From Balamuthia mandrillaris (lineage: Eukaryota), in NCBI GenBank assembly GCA_031835245.2, contig JAVKOQ020000010.1:248001-312000 (forward strand): a DNA stretch of 64,000 nt, given 5' to 3'. The first letter of the stretch is position 1, and the number at the start of each line of letters is the position of its first letter. Below are positions 41,103-53,242 of the stretch, one piece after another. The notes under the pieces were generated by a model, which had not been told where the DNA came from, searched no databases, and was given only the letters and a program-made list of their open reading frames with translations. Position numbers and translations under genes: made by a program.

Positions 41103-43220
41103 ATGAAGAGAAAAGAACTTCGAGGGAGCAGGAACCTCAAAAAGAAGAACCAACAGATCACCCATCAACCACTAGTACAAGGCCAGAGCGCTCCTGCCTC
41201 CGCCAGCAACAGCAGCGAGCTGCAGTTCTTCTCCTTCAACCCTCTCAACGACTGCTTTGAGGAACAGAAGCAGCAGCAACAGGCTTCGAGGGAACAACAG
41301 CAGGGCGGAGCAAGCGAAAGGCAACATCAGCAGCCGAGAAGGAAACGTAGTAGTTCTACGAGGAAAAAAAGAAGCAGCCAGCAGCGCGGTGCTATCACGT
41401 CGCCGGATGACTCGTCCCCGTTCTTCTCTTCCACCTACTCGGCCATCAGCTCTTCCTTGAAGTCGTCCAGCCTCGACCCATCGCTCCTCGCCGGCCTCTT
41501 GCCGCCAGGTGCAACGGGCTTGACGCCTTCCTCCGCTGCACGGAGCGATGAAACGAGAGCGATGCCTACGGTGGCACCAACAACTGATCGGGTGCTAGAA
41601 CGAGACGGCATCGCATACGGCCAACCACCACAAGATGACTTCCCAGAAGTGTCTGCTGAGGAGATCGCAGACCTAGACCTGTTCTCCTCCGGCTTCTTCT
41701 CCACAGCATTCGCCGCCAACAAGAGGAATGAGTTGCCGAGCAAGTTGGAGGATGATGGCCTGGAGGCGATGCTCCTGGGATCAGGAGAGGCTAGCACGAA
41801 CTACCTCTACGGAGCAGCGCCAAATGAGCATGCACCGTGGCTAAATAACGGGTGCTTCGGCGGCGAAGAATACTGTGATCCAAGTGGACAACAGCAGGAG
41901 CAACCTATGTTCTCAGACCACATGCCGTATCCGATGAACAAGCATTTCTATCCATCAAGCTTGATGTGCTCTCTACTACCAACGGAACCATCATCAGCCG
42001 ACGAGTCCTCTCCGTTTTGTTCTCCGGGCATGTTTGCCAGCACGCCGATGGCATCATCGTGCACAAACCTTTATAGTTCCTGTCCATCTTCGGCCTATCC
42101 TTCGCCCCCGAGTTCTCCATCTTTCCTTGAGCCGCAACAAAACGACCTGTCTGTCTCGTCGGTCCATGAACAGAAGCAACAGCAAGAAGAGGAGGTCTAC
42201 ATTCACCACCATTACCACCACGTCCATCATCATCAATTCGATATGAACAATGATAGCAACAATCCTATGCTTCCATTGTCAACGTCATCACTACCGGATG
42301 TTGTATCCTCTTCTCCTCCGTTCAATGCGTTCCTCGATTCGCGTGCCTCCTCCTTCCACGACTATCCCAGCAATACCAACATGTTAATGATGGAGGAAGA
42401 GGAGAAGAGATTCGGCGCCGCTCCCTCGACTCCTGGTAGCTTCTTCGGTGATTACAGTTCTTCGACTGGTTGCTCCTCCTCTTCTTCTTCTTGGTCCTCC
42501 TCGTCACCGTCGATGTCTTCTTCGTTTGATTCCTCTTCTGCCTCTTCTGGTTTTCCTCCACTGCCGGATTCGTTTGTACAGATGCAACCAGAAGGCCTTT
42601 CTACTCCCGCTTCTTCGACATCGTTATTCGAAGCGGATGCGTCCGTTGCTCATCACTCCGGTAATGCTGTTTCTTCTCCTCATTACAGTCATCACCATCT
42701 TCATCTTCTTCAGCCTCCTTCTCCGTCTTCTCATCATTCTCTTTCTTCTCCCGCCCCAGAAGAAGAAGATCAAACAGAAGGAGAAAACGGAGGCGGAGGT
42801 GGAGGTGCAGAGTTGACCCCCGTTCTTCGGAAGATGGCGTTGAACTTGGCTCCAGCACGAAAAGCCCCGCCACCGCCCACTTCTCCCACGGACCGACTGA
42901 AAGTGGGCCTTTACTTGGGATCAGGGTTACAGTTCCTTCGCTCGTATTCTTCGTTCATTGCAAAGAACGTGAAGAAGGTCTCTTCGGGAGGAGGACATCA
43001 CCATGCAGCAAGCGTGGCCGCCATCAAGAGACAAAGAAAGGAGGAGAAGAAGAAGAACAAGTGCAAGAAGAAGGAGCAGAAGAAGATGGAGAAGGAGCAC
43101 AAGAAGAAGCAGAAGCAGAAAGAAGAGGAGTCGTCGATGAGGGAAACCATGGCTTCAACAGAGGGAACGGAAGAGGTTGATTCCACAAACGGCGACAAGA
43201 AGAGAAGACGGTCCTTCTGA
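41103..43220 (+). CDS. Intronless Ser/Pro/His/Gln-rich hypothetical protein with a basic C-terminus
   Basis: About 2.1-kb open frame from ATG 41103; no recognisable domain; NLS-like KKRRR at the end. Confidence 0.6.
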   Translation: MKRKELRGSRNLKKKNQQITHQPLVQGQSAPASASNSSELQFFSFNPLNDCFEEQKQQQQASREQQQGGASERQHQQPRRKRSSSTRKKRSSQQRGAITSPDDSSPFFSSTYSAISSSLKSSSLDPSLLAGLLPPGATGLTPSSAARSDETRAMPTVAPTTDRVLERDGIAYGQPPQDDFPEVSAEEIADLDLFSSGFFSTAFAANKRNELPSKLEDDGLEAMLLGSGEASTNYLYGAAPNEHAPWLNNGCFGGEEYCDPSGQQQEQPMFSDHMPYPMNKHFYPSSLMCSLLPTEPSSADESSPFCSPGMFASTPMASSCTNLYSSCPSSAYPSPPSSPSFLEPQQNDLSVSSVHEQKQQQEEEVYIHHHYHHVHHHQFDMNNDSNNPMLPLSTSSLPDVVSSSPPFNAFLDSRASSFHDYPSNTNMLMMEEEEKRFGAAPSTPGSFFGDYSSSTGCSSSSSSWSSSSPSMSSSFDSSSASSGFPPLPDSFVQMQPEGLSTPASSTSLFEADASVAHHSGNAVSSPHYSHHHLHLLQPPSPSSHHSLSSPAPEEEDQTEGENGGGGGGAELTPVLRKMALNLAPARKAPPPPTSPTDRLKVGLYLGSGLQFLRSYSSFIAKNVKKVSSGGGHHHAASVAAIKRQRKEEKKKNKCKKKEQKKMEKEHKKKQKQKEEESSMRETMASTEGTEEVDSTNGDKKRRRSF

Positions 43221-43573
43221 TCTAGCATTTGTTTTATGATCATCATCATCAGCAGCAGTGTACACAAGTTTGGACGTCATCGCAAGTGGAAACAGCAACG
43301 TTTTTTTTTTTAAACGACGAGCTTTTTTTTGTTGTTGTTGGTGTTCTCCTTTTGTTTTTTTTTTTTTTTTTGCTTTTTTTACTTCTCTTTTTTTTGTTTC
43401 TTTTTTTTTTCCTTTATTTATTATTTTTTTTTTGTAATTTTTTGAATTATTAAATACACCAACCTTCTCTTCTGGCTTCTCTTCAACTTCTCTGTCGCTT
43501 GTCCTTCTCTCTCTCTCTCTCTCCTTCTCTTCATCGTTTCTTGCTCTTGGTGGGGAGAAAAGAAAAAGTGAAG

Positions 43574-44900
43574 TTAAGCAACGAGATCATGTTTCTTTGC
43601 GAGTTCAACGAGTTCCGTTTTCTCCAAACAAAAGGAACAGTCGACCTCGTTCGTCTGCAACAACGCTTTCAGCTCCTTGACAGAGAGTTGTTGGCCGACA
43701 GGCAAAGGTGATGATGGTGATGGTGATGGTCGCTCTTGTTGAACTCTTTTCTTTGGTTGTTGGCTTCCCCTTTGTTCCTCTGAAGAAGAGGAAGAGGAGG
43801 AGTCATTGACAGAGTTCTTTCTGCTGTGATTCTTTTCTCTCTTTTTTCCTTTGTCTTTTCGTTTTGAAGATGAAGAGGCAGACTTTTCTTGTTTTCGTTG
43901 ATTCAACGCTTCATTCTTCAACTCTTTCATTTGCTCCTTCATTTCCTCCTTCTCTTCCTTCTCTCGCTCAAGCCTCCGTCTCTCCTTCTCCTCCTGTTCT
44001 CGCCAAACTTCCTCATAGATTTCTTTGAACATTCGGTTCATCATTTCTCTCACTCGGGCCTTTCCTTCGGTGTCTTCTTTTCGCACGACGCCAACGTCCT
44101 CTAAACTCTCTTCGATGGCTTGCACTATGTCCCCATCTACTCGGGAATAATCTGACTCGTCTCCGCGTGGTCTTGCAGCTAAAGCATTTCGCAAAGAAGA
44201 AAGAAAGAAGGAAGAGGAGGAAGGAGGAAGAGGAAAAAACAAAGAATAATTACCGTATGAGTATTTGATGGTATCCAAAAGAGAACGAGATAGAGAAAAC
44301 ATGAGAGAAAAAAGGTTTTTACCTTTCCATGCTTTTTTGTTTTGGTGCGCTTCTTTGAAGAGTCTTCGAACCTTTTGTGAGATAAGCCGCCGAAGAATGT
44401 TTTCCACTTTTGTCACCAGCTCTTCATTTTCGAAACCCTTTGACACATCGATCTCTTTCAACAAAAGTTTTTGGACCGTTTCTTCCATCTTTTGTACTAT
44501 TGCTTCAGCCTATTTTAATCACGCAAAGTGTATGAGTAAAAGAAAAACAAAAGAATGGACAAGGAAGAGAGAAGAATGAACCTCAATGGTTATCCATGCA
44601 ACAATTCCATCATCCTCAGGTGGATCTTTGACCTTCAGCAAAAACACATTACCTTCCGCGTCTTCAGTGGATGGAGCGTAGTAACCTTTCACCGAGTATT
44701 CAGCGTTGGGTGCCATAAATGGGTACTTTGCCAGAGCCACTCCAGTAAATGGCTGAAGCACAAGCACATGAGTGGGCTTGATCACCAACACCATCAAACT
44801 CAGTACTGGCACCATGTGTTGTGATTGATATGGATAGGGGATTCTCTGTGAAATACAAATAAGTCAAAATAAAGGTGAGATGGAGAGTAAAGGAGCGGAA

Positions 44901-44935
<35 letters not shown>

Positions 44936-46932
44936 AAGATAATAAAAAACGACGATGATAGCGAAAGAGTTAAGTCAATGGATAATAGCAAGCCGTCTTA
45001 CCCGAAGGACGAAATATGGGTAATCTGCTGGCGTTGATTCCTCATCTTCGCCTTTTCCTGTAGTTAATAAAGGAGGTGTGTATACTCTAGAAAGGCTGGT
45101 GATGTTAAGTTGCTCTGCAGAAAATAACAGATTAGTTTTGGTTCAAGCATAAAGAGAAGAGAAAAACAAGAAAAAACCTTTGAACTCTTTGGTGAGAAAT
45201 CGTAGAAATAAAAAGGAAGATATAGAATCAAGACATATTGCGGTACGACCGCTGTTATGGTCTCCTGGTACTATCAACAATTTCTTTTCTACAAAGGTAC
45301 CTCCATATTTCTTGTATCTATTTGTGTCAGAAAGTTGTGCGGAAGAAGAAGGAGAAGAACAAGGAGAAGCAGAAGAAGAAAGACGATTTAGCACAAGAAC
45401 ATAAACAGGAACAAAGAAAGAGCTGTACAATTTTTGAGAGTGATGCGGTCGGATAAAGTCATCGGATTCACCATGTATGAATAGTGCTGGTACTCGGCAA
45501 TGCTTGACAACGTCTATGGGTGAAAGGTCTCTATATAAAATGAAGGTTAACAAAAAAGCAGAGAGAGAGAGAGAGATGAGATAGGAACATTACTTGATAT
45601 CGAATCCTGCTTTCTTTTGAATGCTATTACGAATCATCTTCATACCAACTCCCATTACTCCCCCTCGCACAAAATTCGGGATAGGCAACTGTGGAAAAGA
45701 ATGAGCAAAAAAGGCGGAAGGAAGGAAGGAAAGGAAGAAGGCGTAATAAGCGTACATCGATGCTGTTTGCAACTTCTGGAACAAGCTTCAATAAGTTGGC
45801 GAAAGGGCTGTCAAGAATAAGGGCCGTTATTCGGTCGTTGTTCTCCCCTCGCTTCGCAGCATACAGAAGGGCCGTCACTGCTCCCATGCTCCGTCCCCAA
45901 AGACCTTTAATGTGGCAATCATAGCGGTTGGATAGGTTGAAATAAGACTGCGAAACATAGAGGCAATGGAAAAAAAGAAAAAGCACGCATACATATTTCA
46001 GAGATACGACCCGAAGCGACCAAGTGTTCCACCACCGTCTCAACGTCTTGTTGCTCGTGATAACCTAACGATATGTACGGTCCTATTGTGTGTTTGTTCG
46101 TTGGTCGTTATTGTTGGTTTGTTTGACTAACACACAAAACAAAAAAACAAAAAAAAACATTAAAAAAAACAAAAAAAACAAAAAAAACATTTTAAAAAAA
46201 CATTTAAAAAAACTTTAAATAAAACTATTAAATAAAACTTAAAAACTAAAATACTAAAATACTAAATAGCTAAAAACTAAATAAAACACACAACAAAAAC
46301 TGCAACAAAACCAAAACCAAAACGAGAAACGAGAAACGTGCATAGAGATGGAGAATAAATAACCGAAGAAGAAATAAAACATTGTAGCTACATTATTCAC
46401 GTTTAACAATATAGACAAACATGTCACCATAATAATATGAACAATAAAGAAAAAAACAAAGAGAGAAAAGCAAAAAACAAACAAACAAACAAACAAACAA
46501 ACAAACCTTCAGACTGGCCAGCGCCAGTAAAGTCCAGCACGAGCAGGGTGACGTGGTAGGTGGCGAAGAAGGGCAGAAACTCGGAGGCGTCCAGGCGGCA
46601 GCCCTGGTTGCCGTGCAGGTAGACCACGCAGGGCAGCTGCTTGGCTGGCCTGAAGTCCTCCGCTGGCTCCCAGTGGCTGCACTTGAACTTGTAGCCTCTT
46701 GGATTGGTCAACTGATCGATCATGAAGAGGAAAGAGAAAAAAAAATTAATGTGAGATATTATTCATTTATTTTTTTGTTTTTTTAAAAAGAGCAGAGAAG
46801 AAAGAATGCCTCAAAGTCATTGCGATGCCAAGGAGTGGCGTTGCGGCCAAAATGGATGGGCGAAGGGCCGAGCTGATGTACAGAGTACTGCACCCGTTCG
46901 GGCCGTATGAATATGTTGACAATGGCGTCCAT
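43574..46932 (-). CDS. Alpha/beta-hydrolase (serine aminopeptidase S33/YqkD-like) with a C-terminal SAP-like helix-extension-helix domain; multi-exon
   Basis: VYLHGNQGCR, DFTGAGQSEG, nucleophile GLWGRSMGA, FIHGESDDFI, GDHN; C-terminal LSVKELKALL..CLEKTELVEL. Confidence 0.85.
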
Positions 46933-47123
46933 AGTTGTTGCACAACAAAACTTTTTGGAATGAGAGAGTACCTCCACTCACAAAAAAAGCAAAAAGAAAC
47001 GAAAGAAAGAAAAGCAAGCAAAGCGTTTTTCGTTCGAAAGTACTTTACTTTCTTTTCTTTTCGTTTCTTTTATTTTCTGTATGTTTCTTTATTTTTGTGG
47101 ATTTTCGTAACCGTCAAGATTTT

Positions 47124-47221
47124 CAGGACGACCTGAAGGTAAATTTCCAGGACGACCCGGACAGGTCAAATCGTTACAGGACGACCCGGACAGGTCAAAT
47201 CGTTACAGGACGACCCGGACA
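47124..47221. repeat. 29-bp tandem repeat CAGGACGACCCGGACAGGTCAAATCGTTA (about 2.5 copies plus one degenerate copy) in a divergent promoter
   Basis: Units start at 47148, 47177 and 47206; degenerate unit at 47124. Confidence 0.9.
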
Positions 47222-47322
47222 TGAAAACTTCTCGATTTCACGCCGACACCACGTCGACGAAAAACTGGTAACGCTGACGTCACTGCCTTCACACTAAACA
47301 CACACAAAATTGGACGGAAAGG

Positions 47323-47857
47323 ATGGAGAGCTGGTTGGAGGTTTGGTTGGTTGTGGTGTCGCTGTTGAGCTTCTTTGGATCCTTCCAAGCGTTGTTCCTC
47401 ACCAACTCCCTGCGGGATAACCAATTCTCGCTTGCTCCGCATCAAGGTGGGTCCAACTTTCGTTTTGTGTGTGTAATGCCGGAGTTGTTTTTGTGTTTTG
47501 TTTGTGCATTACACACTATTTACTCTTGAGTGCAGTGACGCCGTTAAGCAGACGTCTCTTTGGGGCGTGGACTTTGGTAACTGCCATGGTCCGCTTGCAA
47601 TGCGCGTTGGATATAAAGAACATGGCGCTGTACCGGCTGACCATGGCCACGTTTGTGGTGGCGTTTGGCCTTTATGCACACGAGTACTTGATCGCCAAGA
47701 GTATTCCTTTCAAGAAGGCCCTTTACCCTTTCATAGTAGCAGGTTGGAGCCTGGACTCTTCTCTTCTCTCTCCCCACTTTGTGTATGCGCTAACGTCGTT
47801 GACACTGCAATTGGACCACCAGGAACATCGCTGGCTTGGATGACCTGGCAAGCATAA
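47323..47857 (+). CDS. ERG28: Ergosterol biosynthesis protein ERG28 family; introns 47447-47535, 47743-47822
   Basis: WLVVVS, VTPLSRRLFGAWTLVTAMVR, LY..T..TF..A, PFIVAGTSLAWM. Confidence 0.88.
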
Positions 47858-47996
47858 CAAAAGAAATAGGAAAAGACTTCTTAATTCCCTTGCGCACCTG
47901 CGTTATGCTGTTACGCAAAGAGAGTAAGCAACAGAGTTAAGGCAACTGGTCACAAAACTAGTTTTGACTTAAATTTGAGAAATTTTTTTCAACCGC

Positions 47997-48067
47997 GCGT
48001 CATTGGTGTAGTGGCAGCATATTAGCCTTCCAAGCTGAGGACCCGGGTTCGACTCCCGGATGACGCA
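47997..48067 (+). tRNA. tRNA-Gly (TCC)
   Basis: Acceptor stem GCGTCAT/ATGACGC; anticodon arm TTAGC-CTTCCAA-GCTGA; T-loop GTTCGAC; T-run downstream. Confidence 0.96.
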
Positions 48068-48176
48068 TTTCTTTTTCCTAATTTTTTCGCAGAGAGCGAG
48101 AGAGAGAGAAAGAGAGAGAGAGAGAGAAGAAACATAGCAAGAAAAGGAGAGATTCGCTTACAATGCTTCTACTTTT

Positions 48177-50400
48177 TTACTTATTGCGCATAGCATGAAT
48201 GAACGCCTCCTTGCCACAACGATCACAAAACGGCTTGTTGCCAATGCTCAGGCAGGACTCCCGCAGAGGCTTTCCGCAGCCAGTACATCCAAAGCATTCC
48301 TTGTGAAACAACAGGCCAAAGGTTTCCACCAGCGGACGTCCCGCATCGATGTCCTTCCCACACTTGTTGCAACACCGAATGAGATGAGGCTGCCGTGCGG
48401 ATGGTGATGAGCTAGAAAAGGATTGTGGATGACGCCGTTGAAGCAGTTGGTTCTGTTTGGAGTAGACCTCGTTGACACGTGCTGGAATGGCTTTTGATAA
48501 TGCACTGTATCGCGTGACGAGATTCGAGGATTCCTGTTGGTTGTTTTTGGTATTATAAGAAAAATGAGATAAGCAGAAGCCATAGTATAGCCTAAAAGAA
48601 AATAACAACCGAATAAATTGGCAATGAAATAACAGAACAAGAACAAAGAGTAAGAAGAAGACTGTACCGTTGGATACTTGTTAGCAAGTTCAATGATTTG
48701 AGGTTTCAACGCCTTTGCATTGTTGTTAAGGACCTCCCCTGAGCCGGCGAGTATCTGTGGTTCAGTAAGCTGCCGTAGCTGTTGCTCCATTACTGCAAGC
48801 CTTTTGTTAAGGTTAGCCAACTCGTTTTCTTTTGACAATCGTAGGTTGATGTTCGCTTCTCCTTGTTGCTTTGATTTCCATTCGTTGCTCATCTTTGTTT
48901 CGTTGCTAAGGCCTGTTTGCTTTCTTGTTTCATGTGTTGGGAATTGTTTCGTTGTGGTTATTATTTCCTTTTCCTCCTGCTCCTTCTCTTTTTTTTCTGT
49001 ACAATTGGTAGGTATCTTCATTTTTGTTTGTTCTTCCTCTTTTACGTAGTTTGTCAAAGTTCCTTTTTCTTTTTCTTTTTCTTTTTCTGTTTCTGTTTCT
49101 GTTTCTGTTTCTGTTTCTGTTTCTGTTTCTGTTTCTTTTTCTGTTTCTTTTTCTTTCGTTTGTTTTTCTATTTCCTTCACTGTCTCCGTTTCCTTCACCT
49201 CTTCTATACAGTTGGTTGTAGCGATGTTCTCTTGCGGCGTTTCTTTTTCTGCGTCACCCCGAAGTGGTGCAGATGGAAGGAAAACCAAACAGCTAGATTG
49301 CCGTTTTGGTTCCATTTCAATTTTGTTCAGTGACTTGCGCCGCTCCTCCTGTGCTTGCGAGATCAGGAGCCTGTCAAGCAATGGAGTGTGTTGGTATTCC
49401 TCAAAGTGGAAAGGTGACCGACTGATACAGTCTGCACCAGCTTCACACACCTTTCTCTCCTCTTCCGGTAAAAGATGATATTCCTTATGCCCAGTAGGGC
49501 TTGGGGCTATATGGTTGTGTATCAATATTTCATCAGAGAGAGAGAGAGAGAGAGAGAGAGAACAAGATTGAAAGGAAAGAAAACGAGACGGAGGAGAACA
49601 GAAGAGTCCAAACAAAGAGTTGATACCTTGCTCCGGTTGCAAAAGAGCCAGTTGAAAGTATACTCTGTACATTTCGAGGAGGATCGCTTTCACCCAGGCC
49701 ATGACCTCATCCTCGTGCTGGGCACAGAAATAAAAGTGCCGCTCCGATGGATGCGAAAGCTTGAACAGGGTTACTTCGTGCATGGGCCGTTGCAGCTTTC
49801 TCATCAGAGCTTTGTCATCGACCACCTCCACCACGTAGTCTTGCAACAGGATCACTCCCTTTGGCTTTTGCCGCTGTTTAGGTTTGTATTTTGAGTGTTC
49901 AGGTTGAAGGAACGCGAAGAGAAGAGAAGAGAAAGGAAAGAGAAAAGCAGGAAGGCGGCTAACACGAAACCTGTTTCTTGTCATCAACAAAGTAGTAGAG
50001 CGTTTGGTCTGTCGAAGAAGAAGTAAGAAGCAAGAAGCAAACAAAGTCATCAGAACGAGTAGCAAAAAAAAGGATGTAGTGGTAAAATGGAGTCAGAACA
50101 AAAAAAACGAACCTTTCAACACGAACCAGCGTCTTCTCCATGACTTGTGAATGGCGCCAAGCTTCAAAAGGTAGCCAACATGCGGCGGTTCTGAAAGTTG
50201 CTCCAAAAACTTGTTTCGTTCTGCTTTTTGTCTTTCCTGCCTCAATCGATCGTTCGAGAAGGAAAAAGCTAAGAAGATAACGAAAAGAAGAAAAAAATAT
50301 ACCGATGAAAACGAACCATTCTCTCTTGTTTGGTCATGTGCAACCGAACGGCTTGCGCATGGGCCGGCGGCTCGTGCTCGTGGTCCTCCCTCCAACTCAT
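48177..50400 (-). CDS. PH-domain + coiled-coil + LIM-domain protein (multi-exon)
   Basis: PH: GYLLKLGAIHKSWRRRWFVLK..LYYF..PKGVILL..AWVKAI; LIM: CNKC..FHKECFGCTGC..PFCDRC. Confidence 0.85.
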
Positions 50401-50529
50401 TCGCGCAATGTATAACTTTTCGTGCCCTACTGTTTCTCTCTGCAAAGAGTTTCGCGCTCCTTCATTTTGACATAACACTCAAGTGCACTCGCTTTGCTAC
50501 CCAACGACACGCTCTTCATTTCAACCTGC

Positions 50530-50600
50530 GCGTCATTGGTGTAGTGGCAGCATATTAGCCTTCCAAGCTGAGGACCCGGGTTCGACTCCCGGATGACGCA
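50530..50600 (+). tRNA. tRNA-Gly (TCC), identical second copy
   Basis: Same 71-nt sequence as 47997-48067. Confidence 0.96.
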
Positions 50601-50834
50601 TTTCTTTTTTGCGGTAATATTCAAATATTTATTCAAAAATCCATGAATGCCATGACGTCGTGAAAAACAAGTGACACGCAAAAAGTGTGTTGCCCTTTGG
50701 TTTTTTGTCGACAAAGTAAACTGAACTTTTTGGTAGCAGTGATTTTAGCAGTTAAAAAAAAGAGTAGCAGGGGGGTGAACTTTGAGTGTAAACAGATCGG
50801 GAGAGTGTGTACAGGAGAGCAAGCAAAAAAAAAG

Positions 50835-51735
50835 ATGCAGAACATTCAGCAAATGATCAGGCAAATGCAGCAGGGAGGGATGGGGCAAGGACCCACTCCC
50901 GACTCCCCCATCGTGGACACTGCCGAACAAGTCTACATTTCCTCTCTGGCCCTTCTCAAGATGTTGAAGCATGGTACGTTCTTGTCCTGCGTTTTTTGTT
51001 TTGTTTTGTTTTGTAGTGGCTCATCATTGCGCTGCCACACACAAGGCCGAGCGGGCGTTCCTATGGAGGTCATGGGCTTGATGTTGGGAGAGTTTGTGGA
51101 CGATTTCACAGTGCGTGTAAAGGATGTGTTTGCTATGCCTCAAAGTGGTACTGGTGTCAGCGTAGAGGCTGTTGATCCTGTTTTCCAGACTAAAATGTTG
51201 GACATGCTGAAGCAGACTGGACGGTTAGTAGTGAACTTTTATCTTTGCTCTCGCTCGTGTTTTGACTTTTGACACAACACAGGCCAGAGATGGTGGTAGG
51301 CTGGTACCACTCTCATCCTGGTTTTGGTTGCTGGCTTTCTGGTGTCGACGTCAACACACAACAGGTCCGCTCTCTCTCTCTCTCTCTCTCTCTCCTCCCT
51401 CCCTCCCTCCCTCCCTCCCTCCCTCCCTCCTCCCCCTCCCTCCCTCCCTCCTCCTCCTCCCTCCTCCTCCCTCCTCCCCCTCCCTCCCTCCCTCCCCCTC
51501 TCCCTCCCTCCCTCCTCCCTCCCTCCCCTTCCCTCCCTCCCTCCCTCCCTCCTCCTCCCTCCTCCTCCTCCCTCCCTCCCTCCCTCTCCCTTCCCTCCCT
51601 CCCTCCTCCCTCCCTCCCTCCCTCCCTCTCCCTCCCTCCCTCCCCTCCCTCCCCTCCCTCTCTCTCCCTCTCTCTCTCTATTTTATTTATATGTTCATTG
51701 CGTGTTTGCTCGTTTCCCTCCGCTGGCTCTCTTGT

Positions 51736-51769
<34 letters not shown>

Positions 51770-52475
51770 TCGCTCCTGTCTATTTCGCTATGTTGCACAG
51801 ACTTGGAATACTAACACTCCTGGAAACAGAGTTTTGAGGCTATTAATGAGCGCTGTGTGGCTGTGGTCGTGGACCCCATCCAGAGCGTGAAAGGCAAGGT
51901 CGTCATCGATGCCTTCCGTTGCATAAATCCCCAAACCCTCATGATGGGCCAAGAACCCAGACAAACCACCTCCAACATTGGTCATCTTAACAAACCATCC
52001 ATTCAGGTTCTCCTCGTTTCGCTTCTCTTCTCCTATTGTCACTTCGTTCTCTCCTTCTGCTCCTCTTCTTTGCCCATGTATTGACTCTCTCTCTCGTCTC
52101 TCTCTCTCTCAATAGGCTCTCATTCACGGCCTCAACCGTCACTACTACTCCCTAGCCATCAACTACCGTAAAGACGAGCTGGAACAAAAGATGTTGCTCA
52201 ACCTCCACAAACCCGCCTGGACCTCTGGCCTCACCCTCGAAAAGTTTGACGAGCACAGCCACGGCAACGAGACCCTGGTCAAGGAGATGCTGGAGCTGGC
52301 CAAGAACTACAACAAGAAGATCCAGGACGAGCTGACGCACACCCCGGAGGAGCTGGCCATCAAGGAGGTGGGCAAGGTGGACCCCAAGAAGCGCCTGGAG
52401 AGCGACGTGGAGAAGCTGATGGTCAAGAACACCACCCAGCTGTTGGGAGCCATGCTGGACACTGTTGTGTTTTAG
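50835..52475 (+). CDS. RPN11: 26S proteasome lid deubiquitinase RPN11/PSMD14 (multi-exon)
   Basis: [38 protein letters not shown] motif [34 protein letters not shown]. Confidence 0.97.
51367..51678. repeat. About 310-bp intronic polypyrimidine (CT/CCCT) tract
   Basis: Seen directly; G-run-rich on the minus strand. Confidence 0.9.
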
Positions 52476-52549
52476 AGAGAGCTTCTTCGAAGAAACCCCC
52501 TTTTGTTTTTTGTTGTTGTGAAAAAAAAAGAAAGAAAGAACAAACGATC

Positions 52550-52771
52550 ATGTCGGAGTCATCGATGTGGAGAGCCCAGGTGGACTTGCGTTCTCTCTCG
52601 GAGCCTCAGTTGGTGGCCCTGCTGAAGCAGAGGGGGGTGAACATACCGCCCACGTACGAGCACGAAGATCTGGTGGTGCTTGCGCAGAACACAAAGTTTA
52701 TGGAACAACGGCCAGCCAAAGACCCGAGCGGCGAGAATAGCGGCCAAACACATCGACCCAAGACGGGTTGA
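52550..52771 (+). CDS. Small helix-extension-helix (HeH/LEM/SAP-like) protein, about 73 aa
   Basis: LRSLSEPQLVALLKQRGVNIP....EDLVVLA fits the HeH fold pattern; A-rich context before the ATG. Confidence 0.5.
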   Translation: MSESSMWRAQVDLRSLSEPQLVALLKQRGVNIPPTYEHEDLVVLAQNTKFMEQRPAKDPSGENSGQTHRPKTG

Positions 52772-53242
52772 GATCATCTTCTCGAAGACATCTAAGTTCT
52801 CTCTTCTTCTCTACAGATATAATCCTGTAACACCAAACCGCCCACCAAAAAATGGATGAATGCCCTTCTCTCTGTCTCTTTGTTTTCTTCTGCGCTATGT
52901 GGTGTGGTGTCGACAGTGGAAAAAAAAAGCTTTCAGGAGGAAGACCCCCAAAAAAAAAAAAAAAAAGAACAAGAAGAAGAAGGAGGAGAAGAAGAAAACT
53001 AAAAGTATTTCTTTTTCTTTCAAGCTTGCTTCTTTCCTTTCATTCTTTGCTCGTTTTGTTTCCCCATCGCCTGGGAGTGGACAAAAGCAAGACGGCACCG
53101 TCACGCTTGTTTCCCCCTTGCTCTCTGCGAGCTCCTCTCTGCTAATGTCCAACCGTGTCTACAAAAACCTCCCCAGCGAAATTTTTCTTGGAAAAATTAA
53201 CTGGTAGCAAAAAAAAAGTGTAGCGAAGAACACGCTGTGTGG

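Noticed and set aside
47148..47221. 29-bp repeats as a CRISPR array
   Set aside because: Units are directly adjacent with no spacers, there are no cas genes, and the context is eukaryotic
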